DNA from: Phoronis australis
Lineage: Eukaryota > Animalia > Phoronida
Assembly: GCA_002633005.1 (NCBI GenBank)
Contig: NMRA01000276.1
Span: forward strand, 292,335-356,334
Length of the DNA: 64,000 nucleotides
Direction: 5' to 3'
Numbering within the stretch: the first letter of the stretch is position 1; each line of letters starts with the position of its first letter. Both the position numbers and the translations under genes were made by a program. The notes beneath the pieces are model-generated. The model was not told where the DNA came from, did no database searches, and saw only the letters and a program-made list of their open reading frames with translations. Shown one piece after another: positions 40,756 to 53,575 of this stretch.

Positions 40756-42113
40756 GGGCTGTTCCAGCAAAATCTGTATGGGAGGGGGGAGACACCCAGT
40801 TGAAATAAAAATTTATGGGTGGTGGTCTTTAGAAGAAAATTTGAATTATGGGCGGTCCTTCTTGAAAGAAGTAAATCATTATAAGTGGGTCGTGTTTTTT
40901 GTCCTGTAAAAGTTGACAGGGGGGTATTTTCAGCCAAACACAGACCTCAAAACCCACAGAAATTTTTCTTGGATTTTTTCAGAAGGTATTGAGGTTTGTG
41001 TTTAATTCGCAGATACCCAGAAATATCCAATAACAGAAAAAGAAGCCCATGTTGCTAGTGTACAAAGAACAATATGTACACTATGCTGTTACTCAAGTCA
41101 CATGCAACTTGATTACAAAGACAAGTTGTACAGTCATACGAGAATGAAAATTACTGCAACACTAAACTGGTATTAACACATCTAAGAAAATTGGTGACTT
41201 TTTGTAATAAAAAGTATGTCAGAAAGACAATTTCTAATACTCACTTGGAATAGCAGCCTGAAAGCATTCATCGAGACACTTTTGAGATTCATAGAATCAT
41301 GAAATTGAAAAAAATTATTGAAATTACAGACTTATGGGGGACAGAGACACCTGGTGGTTGCCTAAAGTATTGCACACAGGTGTCTTTGAAAAGCAAGTTT
41401 CTGGTAACTGACTTGTGAGTTGTGATCTCGCATAGAATTTTTTTCTGCACCCATAAAAACTTTTCTGGTCGCACATAGTCAGCATTCCGTCCGTCCACTC
41501 ATCTGTCCGTCTGTCATGATCATTTCTTGTTAATCAATTATCTGAAGAACTGCTTGGCAGATCATGATGAAATTTAGTATAAAGGAAGTTGACGGGGACG
41601 TGCCAGCACCAGTTGATTTTCAGACGGATTTGGCAACCATGGTACCCCATGTTGGCTGCTTTGGTTTTCGACAAGCCACTATTTGTGAGTTGAATGTCGC
41701 AAAAACTACTTGACGGATCACGATGAAATCAGATAGAGAGATACAGAAGATACATGAAAAGAATGTGCCAGCACCGGTCAATTTTTGGACAGATTCAACT
41801 ACTATGGCACCCCCTGTTAGTTTTCGACTGCTCAAGTCATTGCTTGTCTATTGATTATCTTGAAACCACTGAACGGATCATGGTGAAATTTAGCACTAGT
41901 CGATTTGTGGACACATTTGGCTACTGTAGCACCCCCTGTTGGACATTTTACTTTTTGACAAGAAAGATTGATTATCTCAAAAACCGCATTTCATATTTCA
42001 ACCTAATTAAGAATTATGAGTCCTTGGTTGGAAAAATAAAAGAAACAAATGGGCGGTGGGTAAGAAATGAAAGTGCCTTTCCCTCTTCCATACGGTTTTT
42101 ACTGGAACACCCC
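40756..42113. mobile_element. PIF/Harbinger-type non-autonomous element with a nested HINE fragment (about 41440-41990)
   Basis: TAA TSD at 40753-40755 and 42114-42116; TIR GGGCTGTTCCAGCAAAATCTGTATGG / CCATACGGTTTTTACTGGAACACCCC; empty site seen in the flanking repeat at about 42231-42250; partial copy at 22320-22523. Confidence 0.75.
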
Positions 42114-42324
42114 TAACTAAGTTGTTTTCAACAGTCTTAGCTTATAAATATAATCTATGCTTCATTTACCAACTTAAGTTATTTACTAACTTAATTTGTT
42201 ATCAACAGTCTTAGCTTATTAATGTAATCTATGCTTCATTTACTAACTTAAGTTATTTAGTAACTTAAGTTGTTATCTATAATCTTGGTTTATTAACTGT
42301 AACCAATGCTTCATTTAATAACTT

Positions 42325-45300
42325 ACCGTAATCGTACGGGTTAACGCCCTGGGCGGTTAAATTGGCAAATCCAAAAAATCGGGGGAGGGCGGTTAACCGA
42401 GCAGTGGGCGGTTAAATCGAAAATCCACCTAAAGTAGGGGATGGGCGGTTAACCAAACATGGGCGCTTATTACGACAGACAACCGCCCTGGGCCGTTAAT
42501 CTTACCTGGCGATCTAAATCCCGACACGACAATCATACTCGGAACGCGTAGCCCTTTCAAAGAGCTTTATCGTCACGTCGCCAAATGACTGTGAAAACAT
42601 CATAACAGCGGATGATCCAAACAAAGGTTCTCTTGCCCTCAGATTAGTCATTCACTATTAAATTTACAAAATTGCTGAGTAATAGCCCCGTGCCGTCCTG
42701 CGGTGCGCAGTCGACACTCCGTAACTCAATGACATTTTCAGCGTATGTTTCTGCGGCTAGCTGTCTTATCTCGACAGCCCGGCATTGCTCTCTTGCCGTT
42801 GCACCAAACATGCTATGCAAAGAAGTAAGACAAGGATCGGGGGTGGTCGAGCCAGTCGTCGATCAAGAATAAAATTTAAAGCAACTGCATAAATATGTTA
42901 CAAAATTTCAGAAAACAGCAATGTTTCAATTCATTATTCTAAACGATCACCTTACCAAACTTCGTGGTGGAAAAACATTTATTTTTCATGCAAGATGTCC
43001 AGATTATCCTATTTATATCACTTGTAATATCGCACTGCGGCACTGTTCGGTCCCGATGTTATCGCGCAATGTCTCAGTCGGCTGACAATCGTGACTTGGA
43101 AATGCCGTCAAGTAATATAACGGCCTCTTTCAATATGCATCTCGATTTTTATGGCCAAAGATAGTGGCGGTATTCAGTACGCACGTAGGGCTTACGAGTG
43201 AGTCACCTGTCAATCACATGTTGGTGTCAAGGTAACATGCACTCCAAAGTGTGGGAACTTGCGCACGTGCACCACTACAAAGTCACACATCAAAAGAGAA
43301 TAACCCTAAGTAACAAACTGGCCGCGTGACTATGTACTTGTAAGCTGTTGCTACGGCTAAAGACCCAGTTCTTTACGATATTCCTAAGTTGCCAATGTTA
43401 CCCAAAACTGCGATGTCAAGTCTATTCCGATATTTCCCGGCTCGATGCTCCCTAAGCCCATGCCCGTAGGTCGCTGCGTGCATCTCCTACCCACTATCGC
43501 CAATTTTCAGTCAGTCTACGTCGTAGATATTTCAGACTCGAATGGTAAGAATTTTTGCTCAGGCTGAAACTGGCCAATGTATCAGAGTGAAACAAAATTA
43601 TTCTGGATGGCTAAAAAGGGGATGTGGAAACGATAATTCGCACAGTCACGCTTACGTGGGGGCTGACGCAAGAAATAGTAAAGAACCGTGACAGCCAGCG
43701 ACATTAGTTAAATCTGCTAACGCCGGTTTGAGATGCAATAAACGGAAAACGAAATTTGACTAGCAGTTTTTTATAACCTCAAGATCATACACAAACATAC
43801 ATTATTGCCAACCTTTGTATTCAGAAATCGATAGGCAGCAACGAAATCGGTAACCCAGTAAGGCACTTTTACCGTCTCTTCGGTTGCCACACATCTATAA
43901 CCCCGCAGTTACATTCATTAAAATATTGAGTATTTGACATCTTTCCGTGAGTTGTGAGATTTGTTCAAAATACGAGAGCTTCCCACCTTAATAGAACTTG
44001 GAGGGTTGGCAAAACCATTGTCACATTTCTCTGATTTTTTTCGAATATATGTTTCATCTAGTGCACTGCAGACGGAATATCAGCGCGGCAGACAAAGTCG
44101 CTGAAAACGGAGGTTTTGACGCCGGCGGCGTTCTTAAACTTTGCAAACATGGGAAGNAGACAACCGCCCTGGGCGGTTAATCTTACCTGGCGATCTAAAT
44201 CCCAACACGACAATCATACTCGGAACGCATAGCCCTTTCAAAGAGCTTTATCGTCACGTCGCCAAATGACTGTGGAAACATCATAACAGCGGATGATCCA
44301 AACAAAGGTTCTCTTGCCCTCAGATTAGTCATTCACTATTAAATTTACAAAATTGCTGAGTAATAGCCCCGTGCCGTCCTGCGGTGCGCAGACGACCAGT
44401 GACCACGCAGTCTCCACTAGAATTAAAACTGTTACAAGATTTGACCCTGCTTAAGTGCGCGCGTGCAAGCTTCACGTGTTGCAGAGGTCAGACATCAAAT
44501 TTATGGTTACAGTCTCGTACTATATGTAGCTGACAAGTTCCGACTCAGAGAGCAGTTTTAAAATTGGTTGTAATAAAAGTTTGAAAAGCTTAACTATGCT
44601 GTTTTTTTGTGTTTGGGATGTTATAGTCGACACTCCGTGACTCAAGGACATTTTCAGCGTATGGTTCTGCGGCTAGCTGTCTTATCTCGACAGCCCGGCA
44701 TTGCTCTCTTGCCGTTGCACCAAACATGCTATGCAAAGAAGTAAGACAAGGATCGGGGGTGGTCGAGCCAGTCGTCGATCAAGAATCAAATTTAAAGCAA
44801 CTGCATAAATATGTCACAAAATGTCAGAAAACAGCAATGTTTCAATGCATTATTCTAAACGATCACCTTACCAAACTTCGTGGTGGAAAAACATTTATTT
44901 TTCATGCAAGATGTCCAGATTATCCTATTTATATCACTTGTAATATCGCACTGCGGCACTGTTCAGTCCCGCTGTTATCGCGCAATGTCTAAGTCGGCTG
45001 ACAATTGTGACTTGGAAATGCCGTCAAGTAATATAACGGCCTCTTTCAATTTGCATCTCGTTTTTTATGGCCAAAGATAGTGGCGGGGTATTCAGCACGC
45101 ACGTAGGGCCTACGTGTGAGTCACCTGTCAATCACATGTTGGTGTCAAGATAACATGCACTCCAAAGTGTGGGAACTTGCACACGTGCACCACTACAAGT
45201 CAGTCACACATAGTGACAGTCCGAAGTAAGAAAAACGGGCGAGACTATGTGCTTTTAAGCTGTTGTTACGAAAGACCCAGTTCTCTACGATATTCCTCCG

Positions 45301-45594
45301 TTGCCAATGTTCCCCAAAACTGCGATGTCAAGTCTATTGCCATATTTCCTGGCTCGATGCTCCCTAAGCCCATCCCTGTAACTAGCTGTGTGAATCTCCG
45401 ACCCACTATCGCCAATCGGTAACCCAGTAAGGCACTTGTACTGTCCCTTCGGTCGCCCCACATCCTCTATAACCCGGCAGTTATATTCATCAAAATATTG
45501 AGAATTTGACATCTTTCCGTGAGTTGTGAGATTTGTTCAAAATACGAGAGCTTCCCACCTTAATAGAATTTGGAGGGTTGGCAAAACCATTGTC
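42325..45594. mobile_element. Non-autonomous TA-CCGTA-type DNA element with GGGCGGTTAA subterminal repeats, internally duplicated across the N at 44157
   Basis: taccgtaatcgtacgggttaacgccc start; repeated gggcggttaa; 42477-44030 colinear with 44158-45594. Confidence 0.45.
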
Positions 45595-45608
45595 NNNNNN
45601 NNNNNNNN

Positions 45609-45712
45609 NAAACTATGAATCAGCCACATACCTGATAATGCCATAAACTATGAATCAGCCACATACCTGATAATGACATAAACTATGAATCAGCCACATA
45701 CCTGATAATGCC
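45609..45712. repeat. 35-bp repeat that copies the CNOT2 exon end and donor site
   Basis: ccataaactatgaatcagccacatacctgataatg, about 3 copies, continuing into the gap. Confidence 0.9.
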
Positions 45713-45800
45713 TGATGAGTTGGGGTTGAGTCGTTTCTGCATGGCTGTAATCTGAGTTTGATTGGCAAAATTCCTCTGTCCTAATGTTCCTATCACATTC
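45702..45800 (-). CDS. CNOT2: CNOT2 exon: NVIGTLGQRNFANQTQITAMQKRLNPNSSGII
   Basis: tgcAG / CAG|GTATGT; 99 nt, phase 2/2, open frame. Confidence 0.75.
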
Positions 45801-45805
45801 CTGCA

Positions 45806-46180
45806 ATGAGTAAGATACAGAGTGACAAGTGATAAGATGGTGTGTAATAACTAGTAAGACACAGAGTGACAAGTGATACGATGGTGTCATAACTAGTAAG
45901 ACACAGAGTGACAAGTGATAAGATGGTGTGTAATAACTAGTAAGACACAGAGTGGCAAGTGATAAGATGGTGTGTCATATTAATAAGACACAGAGTGGCA
46001 AGTGATAAGATGGTGTGTCATATTAATAAGACACAGAGTGGCAAGTGATAAGATGCTGTGTCATATTAATAAGACACAGAGTGGCAAGTGATAAGATGGT
46101 GTGTCATATTAGTACAATACAGAGAAGCAAGTGATAAAATGGTGAGTCATATTAGTAAGACACAGAGTGGCAAGTGATAC
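45806..46180. repeat. 42/43-bp minisatellite abutting a CNOT2 acceptor
   Basis: taagacacagagtggcaagtgataagatggtgtgtcatatta, about 9 copies. Confidence 0.9.
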
Positions 46181-46677
46181 AAGTGTGTTACTTTAGTAAA
46201 CAGCCTTGGTGTTTCTGTAAGATAGTGAAGTATTGAGCAGTTCTTTAGCCAACCTAGAAATCTAGAAAGCCATGACTCAATTCTGAGTTTTCTCGATTTC
46301 TAGTTTGGTTTTTCACTTACCTGAGCAAATAAAGCATTGCTGGTTTACGCAAAACAACCTTACTTAGCAGTGTTGACCTCTCGTGGTCATCATATTGTAC
46401 ATTCAGAACTTTAACCACTAAAAGTTTTTCAAAACTTCGAATGTTAAACGGTAATCATTTACCAGATTAACAAAGCAAACAGTCAAAAAAGAGTAATTGT
46501 GTTTGAAAGTACAAGTGTGATGCTATGGCCAAGGTTAGTTTTATTGAAAAATCTACTGAGACAGTACACTCTCACAATAAGTTATGAACACATCAACTTA
46601 TCAACTGTATAGCAATGAGAAGCAATAGCTTCCAAGAGTGGATTTAACCTCCTGATCTTCTAGAAATTAGAATGTAC

Positions 46678-46795
46678 CTGTTAGGGGACTGTTGCTGCTG
46701 GTTAAAAGCTGTACTACCAGGTATGACAGCCGCACCCATACTGGTAGGTGTGGTATTGCGCTGATATTGTCCACTGAAACCCCTCTGTTGTAGTG
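46678..46795 (-). CDS. CNOT2: CNOT2 exon: LQQRGFSGQYQRNTTPTSMGAAVIPGSTAFNQQQQSPNR
   Basis: tttcAG / AG|GTACAT; phase 1 in, phase 2 out, both consistent with neighbours; ends in SPxR as in vertebrate CNOT2. Confidence 0.8.
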
Positions 46796-47097
46796 CTGAA
46801 AACATGATAATGGAAGAGGAATTATCACATGGAATTGTGCACTGAAACCTCTCAGCTGTACTGGGTGAGGATTCAACAGACTGGGGGATAACAAAGTCTC
46901 GCAGTATTATCTTAAAAAGCAAACTAGGCAATATTTCTGCATGTACTCAACAACTAAAAGCACTATTTGCTTTGAAAAAAAAATAATAATCAAACCCCAA
47001 GGTGATATGTGATGGGTGCAACCTGAAATAAACTGGCTGGCAAAATGTCATCAGTGTGTATTTCAGTGCTTTCCAGGCTTGCAATGCGGCCACTTAC

Positions 47098-47227
47098 TTG
47101 TGTTGCCAAAACCCACTAGCTGGGATGGTGAACTGGAGCCCATCAGCTTATCATCGGCTCTGAACATGGATTGGGCAGCACTAAAATACATTCCCGTCTC
47201 GGCATCTTCGTCATCGAATGGATAACC
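47098..47227 (-). CDS. CNOT2: CNOT2 exon: GYPFDDEDAETGMYFSAAQSMFRADDKLMGSSSPSQLVGFGNT
   Basis: ttccAG / GTAAGT; resembles the vertebrate CNOT2 N-terminal MYY..SMF..K..SP..QL..FG segment. Confidence 0.85.
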
Positions 47228-47279
47228 CTGGAAAGGAGTGTGTCTCGTAGTAAAGACTTTCAAGAACGATGTTATTGGT

Positions 47280-47945
47280 ACACATGAGTACTTACAAAAC
47301 GCTTACTTATGTTTAGTATTGTCAGACAAGGAGTGCACTTGTTCCACAAAAAGAGACATAAATGTCCAAAGTGTATCGTCAGCTTATGTTTGTGAAGATC
47401 CATAACAAAACACAAGCAAGCAAACATATCTCACTATTAACACTTTTGAATGCCATGCACGGCTGTAGAAAATTTAAGAAACACAATGTGAACGTATCTT
47501 TTCGTCCTGGCGACACCATCTATAAGTGTCCCCCTGACTAAAAATGTGGTGTTAAATACCAAGTGGATTGAGCTTCTTGTGAGACGTAATATAGGAGTGT
47601 GTCCAACAGTGAAAAACCTGTACTGATGAGCATAGTAAACCTGAGAAGACCAGCTTGTCTTCAGCTTTATCTGAGCATGTTCAAGAACACAATCAATTTA
47701 TTGACTAGGAGTCTGTTAGCATTTTAGACAGTGAGCATATGTACAGTCTGGGGAAGCTATTTACATCAGGCGTCATACCCCCTCTATCAACAGAAACAGA
47801 GGAGCTATCTAAATCAGGCGTCATACCCCCTCTATTAACAGAGACGGAGGCCAGGAATTGCCCTGTATATACAACTGGGTTCCAGTTCCTTGAGTGCCGC
47901 CTAGCGGCAATCTACACAACTAAACATTCAGAGGAAGAACCCATC
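47280..47945 (+). mobile_element. Penelope-like element remnant (GIY-YIG region), continuing at about 58510-58590
   Basis: Decayed GIY-YIG-like segment at about 47545-47600; SALSEHVQEHNQFID*ESVSILDSE; PSINRNRG. All are typical of Penelope ORF ends. Confidence 0.7.
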
Positions 47946-48484
47946 TGTCACAATTCGGTCTGACTTGTATATGATTTGAATATTAAGAGGTTGCTGTTGT
48001 TAGTTGGTCTATACTGGGCCAACCCCTTTGTATAGTTATGCAAATGTGCTCGTTTCGCATGTGCAGGTAGCAGTCACGATAATGCTGGTATACGCGTGTT
48101 ACTTGGCAGTCCACCGGTAGTTTGGGTGGAGGGCAGTTGTGCTTTGCCACACTCTTACTTCATATTTGAAGCACATGGTGCTCATACCAGTCAAACGCTT
48201 AAGTTTTATCACCACGCAGCTGAACCATGTGTGCAGGCGGCTGGTCAAGCTGGGCGGCGTAATATTTGTCCAAGCAGTGGCCAAAGTTGTGGCACATGTA
48301 GGACCATAAAGAGACACTGAGACCCTTGTGAACTATAACAATTTTCATATCGGCAATCATTATTATGAGTTTGTGTGTTTTGTGTGTGTGCGTGTGTGTG
48401 TGTTTGAGAGGTAATATATATTATATAATTAACTTGTTCTGTTTTGTGTCTTGAGAAATTGTCTGACACTAGACAAACTTGACA
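47946..48484 (+). repeat. 5' LTR
   Basis: TGTCACAA...CTTGACA, colinear with 57944-58509. Confidence 0.9.
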
Positions 48485-48859
48485 ACTTGGGGGCTTGTAA
48501 TGGAGAAAAATATTCAACGACGATGCCTCAGGACATAAAGTCAGTATTTACGTTGTATAGTCAGTGACAGTAACAGTAGGTTATTACTTGGTGGCCTCTG
48601 GTGAACTCGGTAGGGTCTGTTTACATTATTTGGTCTTGCGACGACTTGACATTTTGCTGTTGTTGGTATGCCAGCGTTCTGATGTATGTTTTTGTGAGTT
48701 CTAGTTCATAGGGTGGACTTCACGTGTGTTGGCTGCCGGACTTGGGCCACTGTTGCGTGGTAGCTGTGTGTGACTGGCATAGCCTATGTGGCTGAGCCAC
48801 TAGCATTGCTGTGCATGTAAGTTGATCTGTGTGATCACACGATGGGCAAGTGTGACGGC

Positions 48860-49085
48860 CTGATATTCTACACAGTAGTCAAATGCTATGTGTTCAACTG
48901 ATATTCTACACAGTAGTCAAATGCTGTGTTCAGCTGATATTCTACACAGTAGTCAAATGCTCTGTGTTCAGCTGATATTCTACACAGTAGTCAAATGCTC
49001 TGTGTTCAGCTGATATTCTACACAGTAGTCAAATGCTCTGTGTTCAGCTGATATTCTACACAGTAGTCAAATGCTCTGTGTTCAG
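48860..49085. repeat. About 39-bp tandem repeat in the Gypsy 5' leader
   Basis: ctgatattctacacagtagtcaaatgctctgtgttcag. Confidence 0.9.
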
Positions 49086-49277
49086 TCTGTGTGACTGTGT
49101 AATTTGATTCTGCGTAATTTGATTCAAATTAATGATCTGTGTGTTAGTTTTCCCAGATCCATTGTCTATGTGACATGATTTGATTTTACATTGTATGGTT
49201 AATCTGTGACTATAGTGGTCTTGTGATCCTGTGGTCTGTGTCAATCTATTTGCTTTGAAGTTATTTTCAGTACCAGT

Positions 49278-50030
49278 ATGGAGAGGTTGGCCGAGCTAGT
49301 TCAGCTTGGTAACCAGATTGGTTATGATGGGGCTGACTTGCAAAGCTTTATTAGAGAGCAACAGAACCACGAGCGTGAAAAGCGGCGTGAAGAGCGGCGT
49401 GAAGAGCGGCGTCTAGAACGTGAGCGGGAGTGTGATAAAGAGGAAGATGTTAGTGTTCAAGCGGACAAGCAGCGTGAGGAGAGTGAACGTCAGTGTACGT
49501 TTGAGATAGAGACACAGCAAAGAGCTTTCGAGTATGAGCAACAAAGTCATTCAGTGCAAAGTAAAGTTGAGGTGTTCAGTGCAAAGTAAAGTTGAGGTGA
49601 TTGAGAATAATACTAGTCAAGCTGGTGGTAGAGTGAGTGCTCGTTGACCAAAACTTCCACTTTTTGATGATGGTAAAAACGATAAAGATGTTATCTCTAA
49701 CGATTCGAGCGTTTTGCTAAATCTATGAAGAGAGATAGAACAGAGTGGGCTATTAATATCAGTGCATTACTCACAGGAAAAGTCCTTGATGTTTTTGCCG
49801 AATGTAATCTTTTGACGCTGAGGACTACGATAAGGTAAAAGCTGCGCTATTGAAAAGATACCATCTGTCAGCTGATGGATATCGGCATAAGTTACGGACT
49901 AGTAAGCCTGAAGAGGGTGAATCTCCCTCCCAATTTGTTGTAAGACTTTTCCGTTATCTAGATAGGTGGATGGGTTTAGAATTCTGAAGGTATACCTAAA
50001 ACTTTTGAAGGACTGTGTGACTTACTTGTA
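49278..50030 (+). pseudogene. Gypsy gag remnant (coiled-coil N-terminus plus capsid region)
   Basis: MERLAELVQLG..ERE-rich; RFERFA..WAINISALLTGK; YDKVKAALLKRYHLSADGYRHKLRTSKPEEGESPSQFVVRL; interrupted by stops and frameshifts. Confidence 0.8.
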
Positions 50031-50332
50031 AGCAGTGTTTCCCCTGAGTTTTGAAAGGAACATGGTGGTGAATGGCCAAAAAGGGATGCAAAGCCCGTTG
50101 CCGCATGCAAATCTGAGAAGTGGGATCCCCCTATTGCCTGGGTTTCGCGGGGGGGGGGGTTGGGAGACTTTCCCCAGGCAAACTTTGAAAATTACATGCA
50201 ATTGCATGCAGTTTGCTCATCATAGACAAGAGCGTAATCCGAGCATCATGTAGCGGAAGTATCTGAACACTTTGCAAGACAAATTGGCAATGAAGTCTCC
50301 AGCATAGTGTTATCTCTGTTGCACTAGAGTAC

Positions 50333-51246
50333 AAACAAGAGCAACGCAGAGCGTTGAAATGCGTCCACAATTGCACCGTATACGGTATCCTTCTAGGGTT
50401 GTTTAATGGTACCATAAAGTGGCCAGTAGAGGGCATATATGTAGTATGTTGTACTTTGCAAAATGGAAAGGCATGGTCATTGTCTCCTCAATAGGCTAGG
50501 GGCAAAATGTGAGTGATCTTCATAATACAAGCACATTCTATATATCAGTTGCTTAAAGCACCACAGAAACATAGAATTAAAAACAAATTTACCAACATAC
50601 GAGATTAGCACAGCATTAGTATGCCGCCCAAAAGTCGTCATCGTCTGTTGTTAACATCATATAAATATACTTACACAATTTCGTAAAGATCCTGCGAACG
50701 GTTTAGGAGATACAGCCATAGGCGCAAAAAAAACTGCCACTAGGCGGCGCCACAGTAGACGAAATCGTCGGAAAATCATGCTCAACTGTCTTCTACATAG
50801 TAAGCATATACATGCCAATTTTCACAATCATCCTTTGAGCGGTTTGGTTGATAGAGGGGTGGATGCACAAAAACACACTCGAAAACACTAAAAATGGCCA
50901 CTAGGTGGCGCAAACTATGTCGAATCCATCTGAAAACGGGAGGATAGCGTCATCTCACTAATAGGTGCCTACATACCAAATTTCATAAAAATCCGTTCCA
51001 GACTTTTGAAGATACAAAGGTAAGCGTAAAAAACTGAAATTGCCACTAGGGGGCACACCGGCAGTCGGATCTGTCCGAAAGTTTGCACATGCCGTCCCAT
51101 TCAAGAATGGAACATATGTACCAAATTTCATGAACGCATTTCAAAGGGTTTTGGAGATAAAGCAGCGGACGCCGGATGCCGCTCGGACGGACGGACGGGC
51201 ATGACGGCATAATGCGTCCACATATAAATATGTGGGCGCATAAAAA
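50333..51246 (-). mobile_element. Complete HINE/DINE-1-like non-autonomous Helentron
   Basis: On the minus strand: 5' subTIR ATGCGCCCACA with adjacent IR TGTGGACGCAT, (GTCC)n microsatellite, core repeats, 3' subTIR TGTGGACGCAT, hairpin CAACGCTCTGCGTTG; T-rich ends and no TSD. Confidence 0.8.
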
Positions 51247-53575
51247 GTGTTAAAATTCAATTATCCACGAAGTGACAAACATAGAACAAAAAATATTTGA
51301 ACTTCGTAGATAATAAACTAATTTGTGTAACGAAACTTCCGTTGATATCGTCTAGCTAAACATAAATCAGTGATTGTGGATTGGCGTTGGCGGGCGTAGC
51401 AGACGCTGTATAATGCAGACGAATCTGAGACTGATTAACATTCAATATCGTCATTTTGGCACAGGGCTATGGTTGATTAAACAGTTGGATGTCACACTCC
51501 CTGCAGTATAATTCACAATATCTTTTGTAAACTCGAACACGATGAAATGAATGAAGCAGAAATCTTACTGTTTCATACTTCATTAGCGAGCCCTGGCACC
51601 TTCCCCATTTTAGAAAATTTGTATCGAGGTCGTTGCCTGGTCCCCAGCTGTATTGAGTTTATATGCATTGTCGGATAACCAGGAGGAAACGAGGTACGAA
51701 AGGGACTTAGGGACTGAATGATTGTGTTTTAACGAGGGCACAATTCAAGATCCCATTGTAAAATTATTGTTTTTCCCTTTCGATTCACAAACAGCGAAAG
51801 GTGTCGTGTGACTTGTACTTATTCATGATTACTAGCGATCATTTTTACTAGCGATTCATTTCACTAGCGATCATTTTATTAGCTATCATCTTTACTAGCG
51901 ATAATTTTTAAAAGCGATTTTTGCGTGACGGTGAAACTTCCCCGTCACGATTAGGTGTGTGGCGGTCAATTGAGTGTGATTTAGGTAGGTATCCAAAACA
52001 CTACAGATAGTTTCCTCAAACTTTTTCTGGCCAGGAATGCCAGGTGACATCGCACGTTAATGTAAGTCATGTTATGTGTGTCAGAAAACTTCAAAAAAGG
52101 CAATGTTAGGAACATTCCACTTGAAAAGATGCGTGTGATTGACACGCCATTCAAAAGAGTAGTGGTAGATCTTGTCGGTGCAATTCATCTTGCTACGAGT
52201 AAGGGTAGAATGTTTTTACGTCAAATCTCATGAAGTAGTCTAGTTGCCAAAAAGTTGACCCAGCAATGTAGTTTACTGTAAAGTTTTCTTTTGGAAATTT
52301 ATTATATGTGGTTAAGAGAACAAAACTTGGTTGCACTTTGTGCAACTTTGAGCATTTTTTATAATTCAAGATGGCAGCTTCTGCTAATTTCAACACTCTG
52401 AACATGTTACCGAGTAGGATCCCGCAATTCATGATTTCCAATGTTTTTTGGGACAGAGTCCATTTCTGATATTATTTTATGGATGCAAGGTCAAAGTCAA
52501 GGTCAAATGAGAGGTCAAAGGTCACGTTGAACTGAAACAAGGAAAATTCATCTCTTAATTCGTGCGATGAAAAGTTAAATTCATGGGAAATGCGGAATTA
52601 CCATTTCTGTGATTCCATTATATCAAGAATAAGGGATTTGCTAAATACTGGAATAAGATATCCTCCCAACATCTCAATAATTAGCTTAAAATAGTGTTGT
52701 ACCAGACCTACTCATGCCGCTCAATAAGGCCCATCGCACTGATCACCTTGGACCATCTTTATGCTTCATTAGTTGAAACAGAGCTGACGGGCTAGGGACT
52801 TGACTCAAGCGACCAGCAGTGTGCCCCGTGTGACTCAAAAACCAAACCTTGAGTAGAGGAAGGACACTAAGCCACACTGGTCATATTTTTCAAAGAAAAT
52901 AATTATTTCACAAGCGACAGGATAGGGGGCTAGTAGAGGGCCGAGTTGTAGTTTCAGAAACACTCCAAACGACCTGCTTCAAAAGCTGGACAACAGGAAC
53001 CAACACCACCTCTGGAGCAAAATCAGTTGGGACCAAAATGGCGTTGTCACCCTTCCTCAGACTGCCGTATTTGCCAATCTGGGCTGTAGGGAGTGGACTC
53101 AATAAGTGCATACAGAAAAAAAATCAGCTATGTTAATGTTACATTGCTGTCTTACCACTAACACCTTCTCAACGCCATAGCCTTCCCTCGACAGTACAGG
53201 CTTATTCAGCAACTCCAGCATTTTGACTTTTCTTAGTGTTTTGTAACACTCACTACATACCGAAACTAAAAAGCTGACTACTCTGCTCATGCCTAATGAC
53301 CAGCTCGTTCTGGAATCTACTCGGCGATTGTAGATGTTATGGAGATATGACTGCTGGTTAGTGAGTGGGTGTCTGTGCTTCTCTATCTCCTCCGCAATCT
53401 TTCTCTAGTCATCCTCGTCCAGGTCTAGTACTCCCTTCTTGCAGTAGTCTTTTCCGTCACTCCACTACGTGACATTTGCTCTTCACCACCTTCATTCCAC
53501 ATGACTTATATTCTCCATAGCAGGATCAATGGGGAGCACACCCATTGGAACTCTTTAACCACATGACCACTTAAT

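Noticed and set aside
41245-41257. 13-nt microexon (tttcAG GCTGCTATTCCAA GTGAGT) on the CNOT2 strand
   Set aside because: The splice signals look good, but it would break the phase 2/2 frame and it sits within a Harbinger-type element. Unsupported without RNA data; at most a poison exon.
42477-45594. Biological segmental duplication
   Set aside because: The junction is at a single N like the other duplicates and lies within a repeat element, so it is most likely haplotype or paralogue mis-joining.
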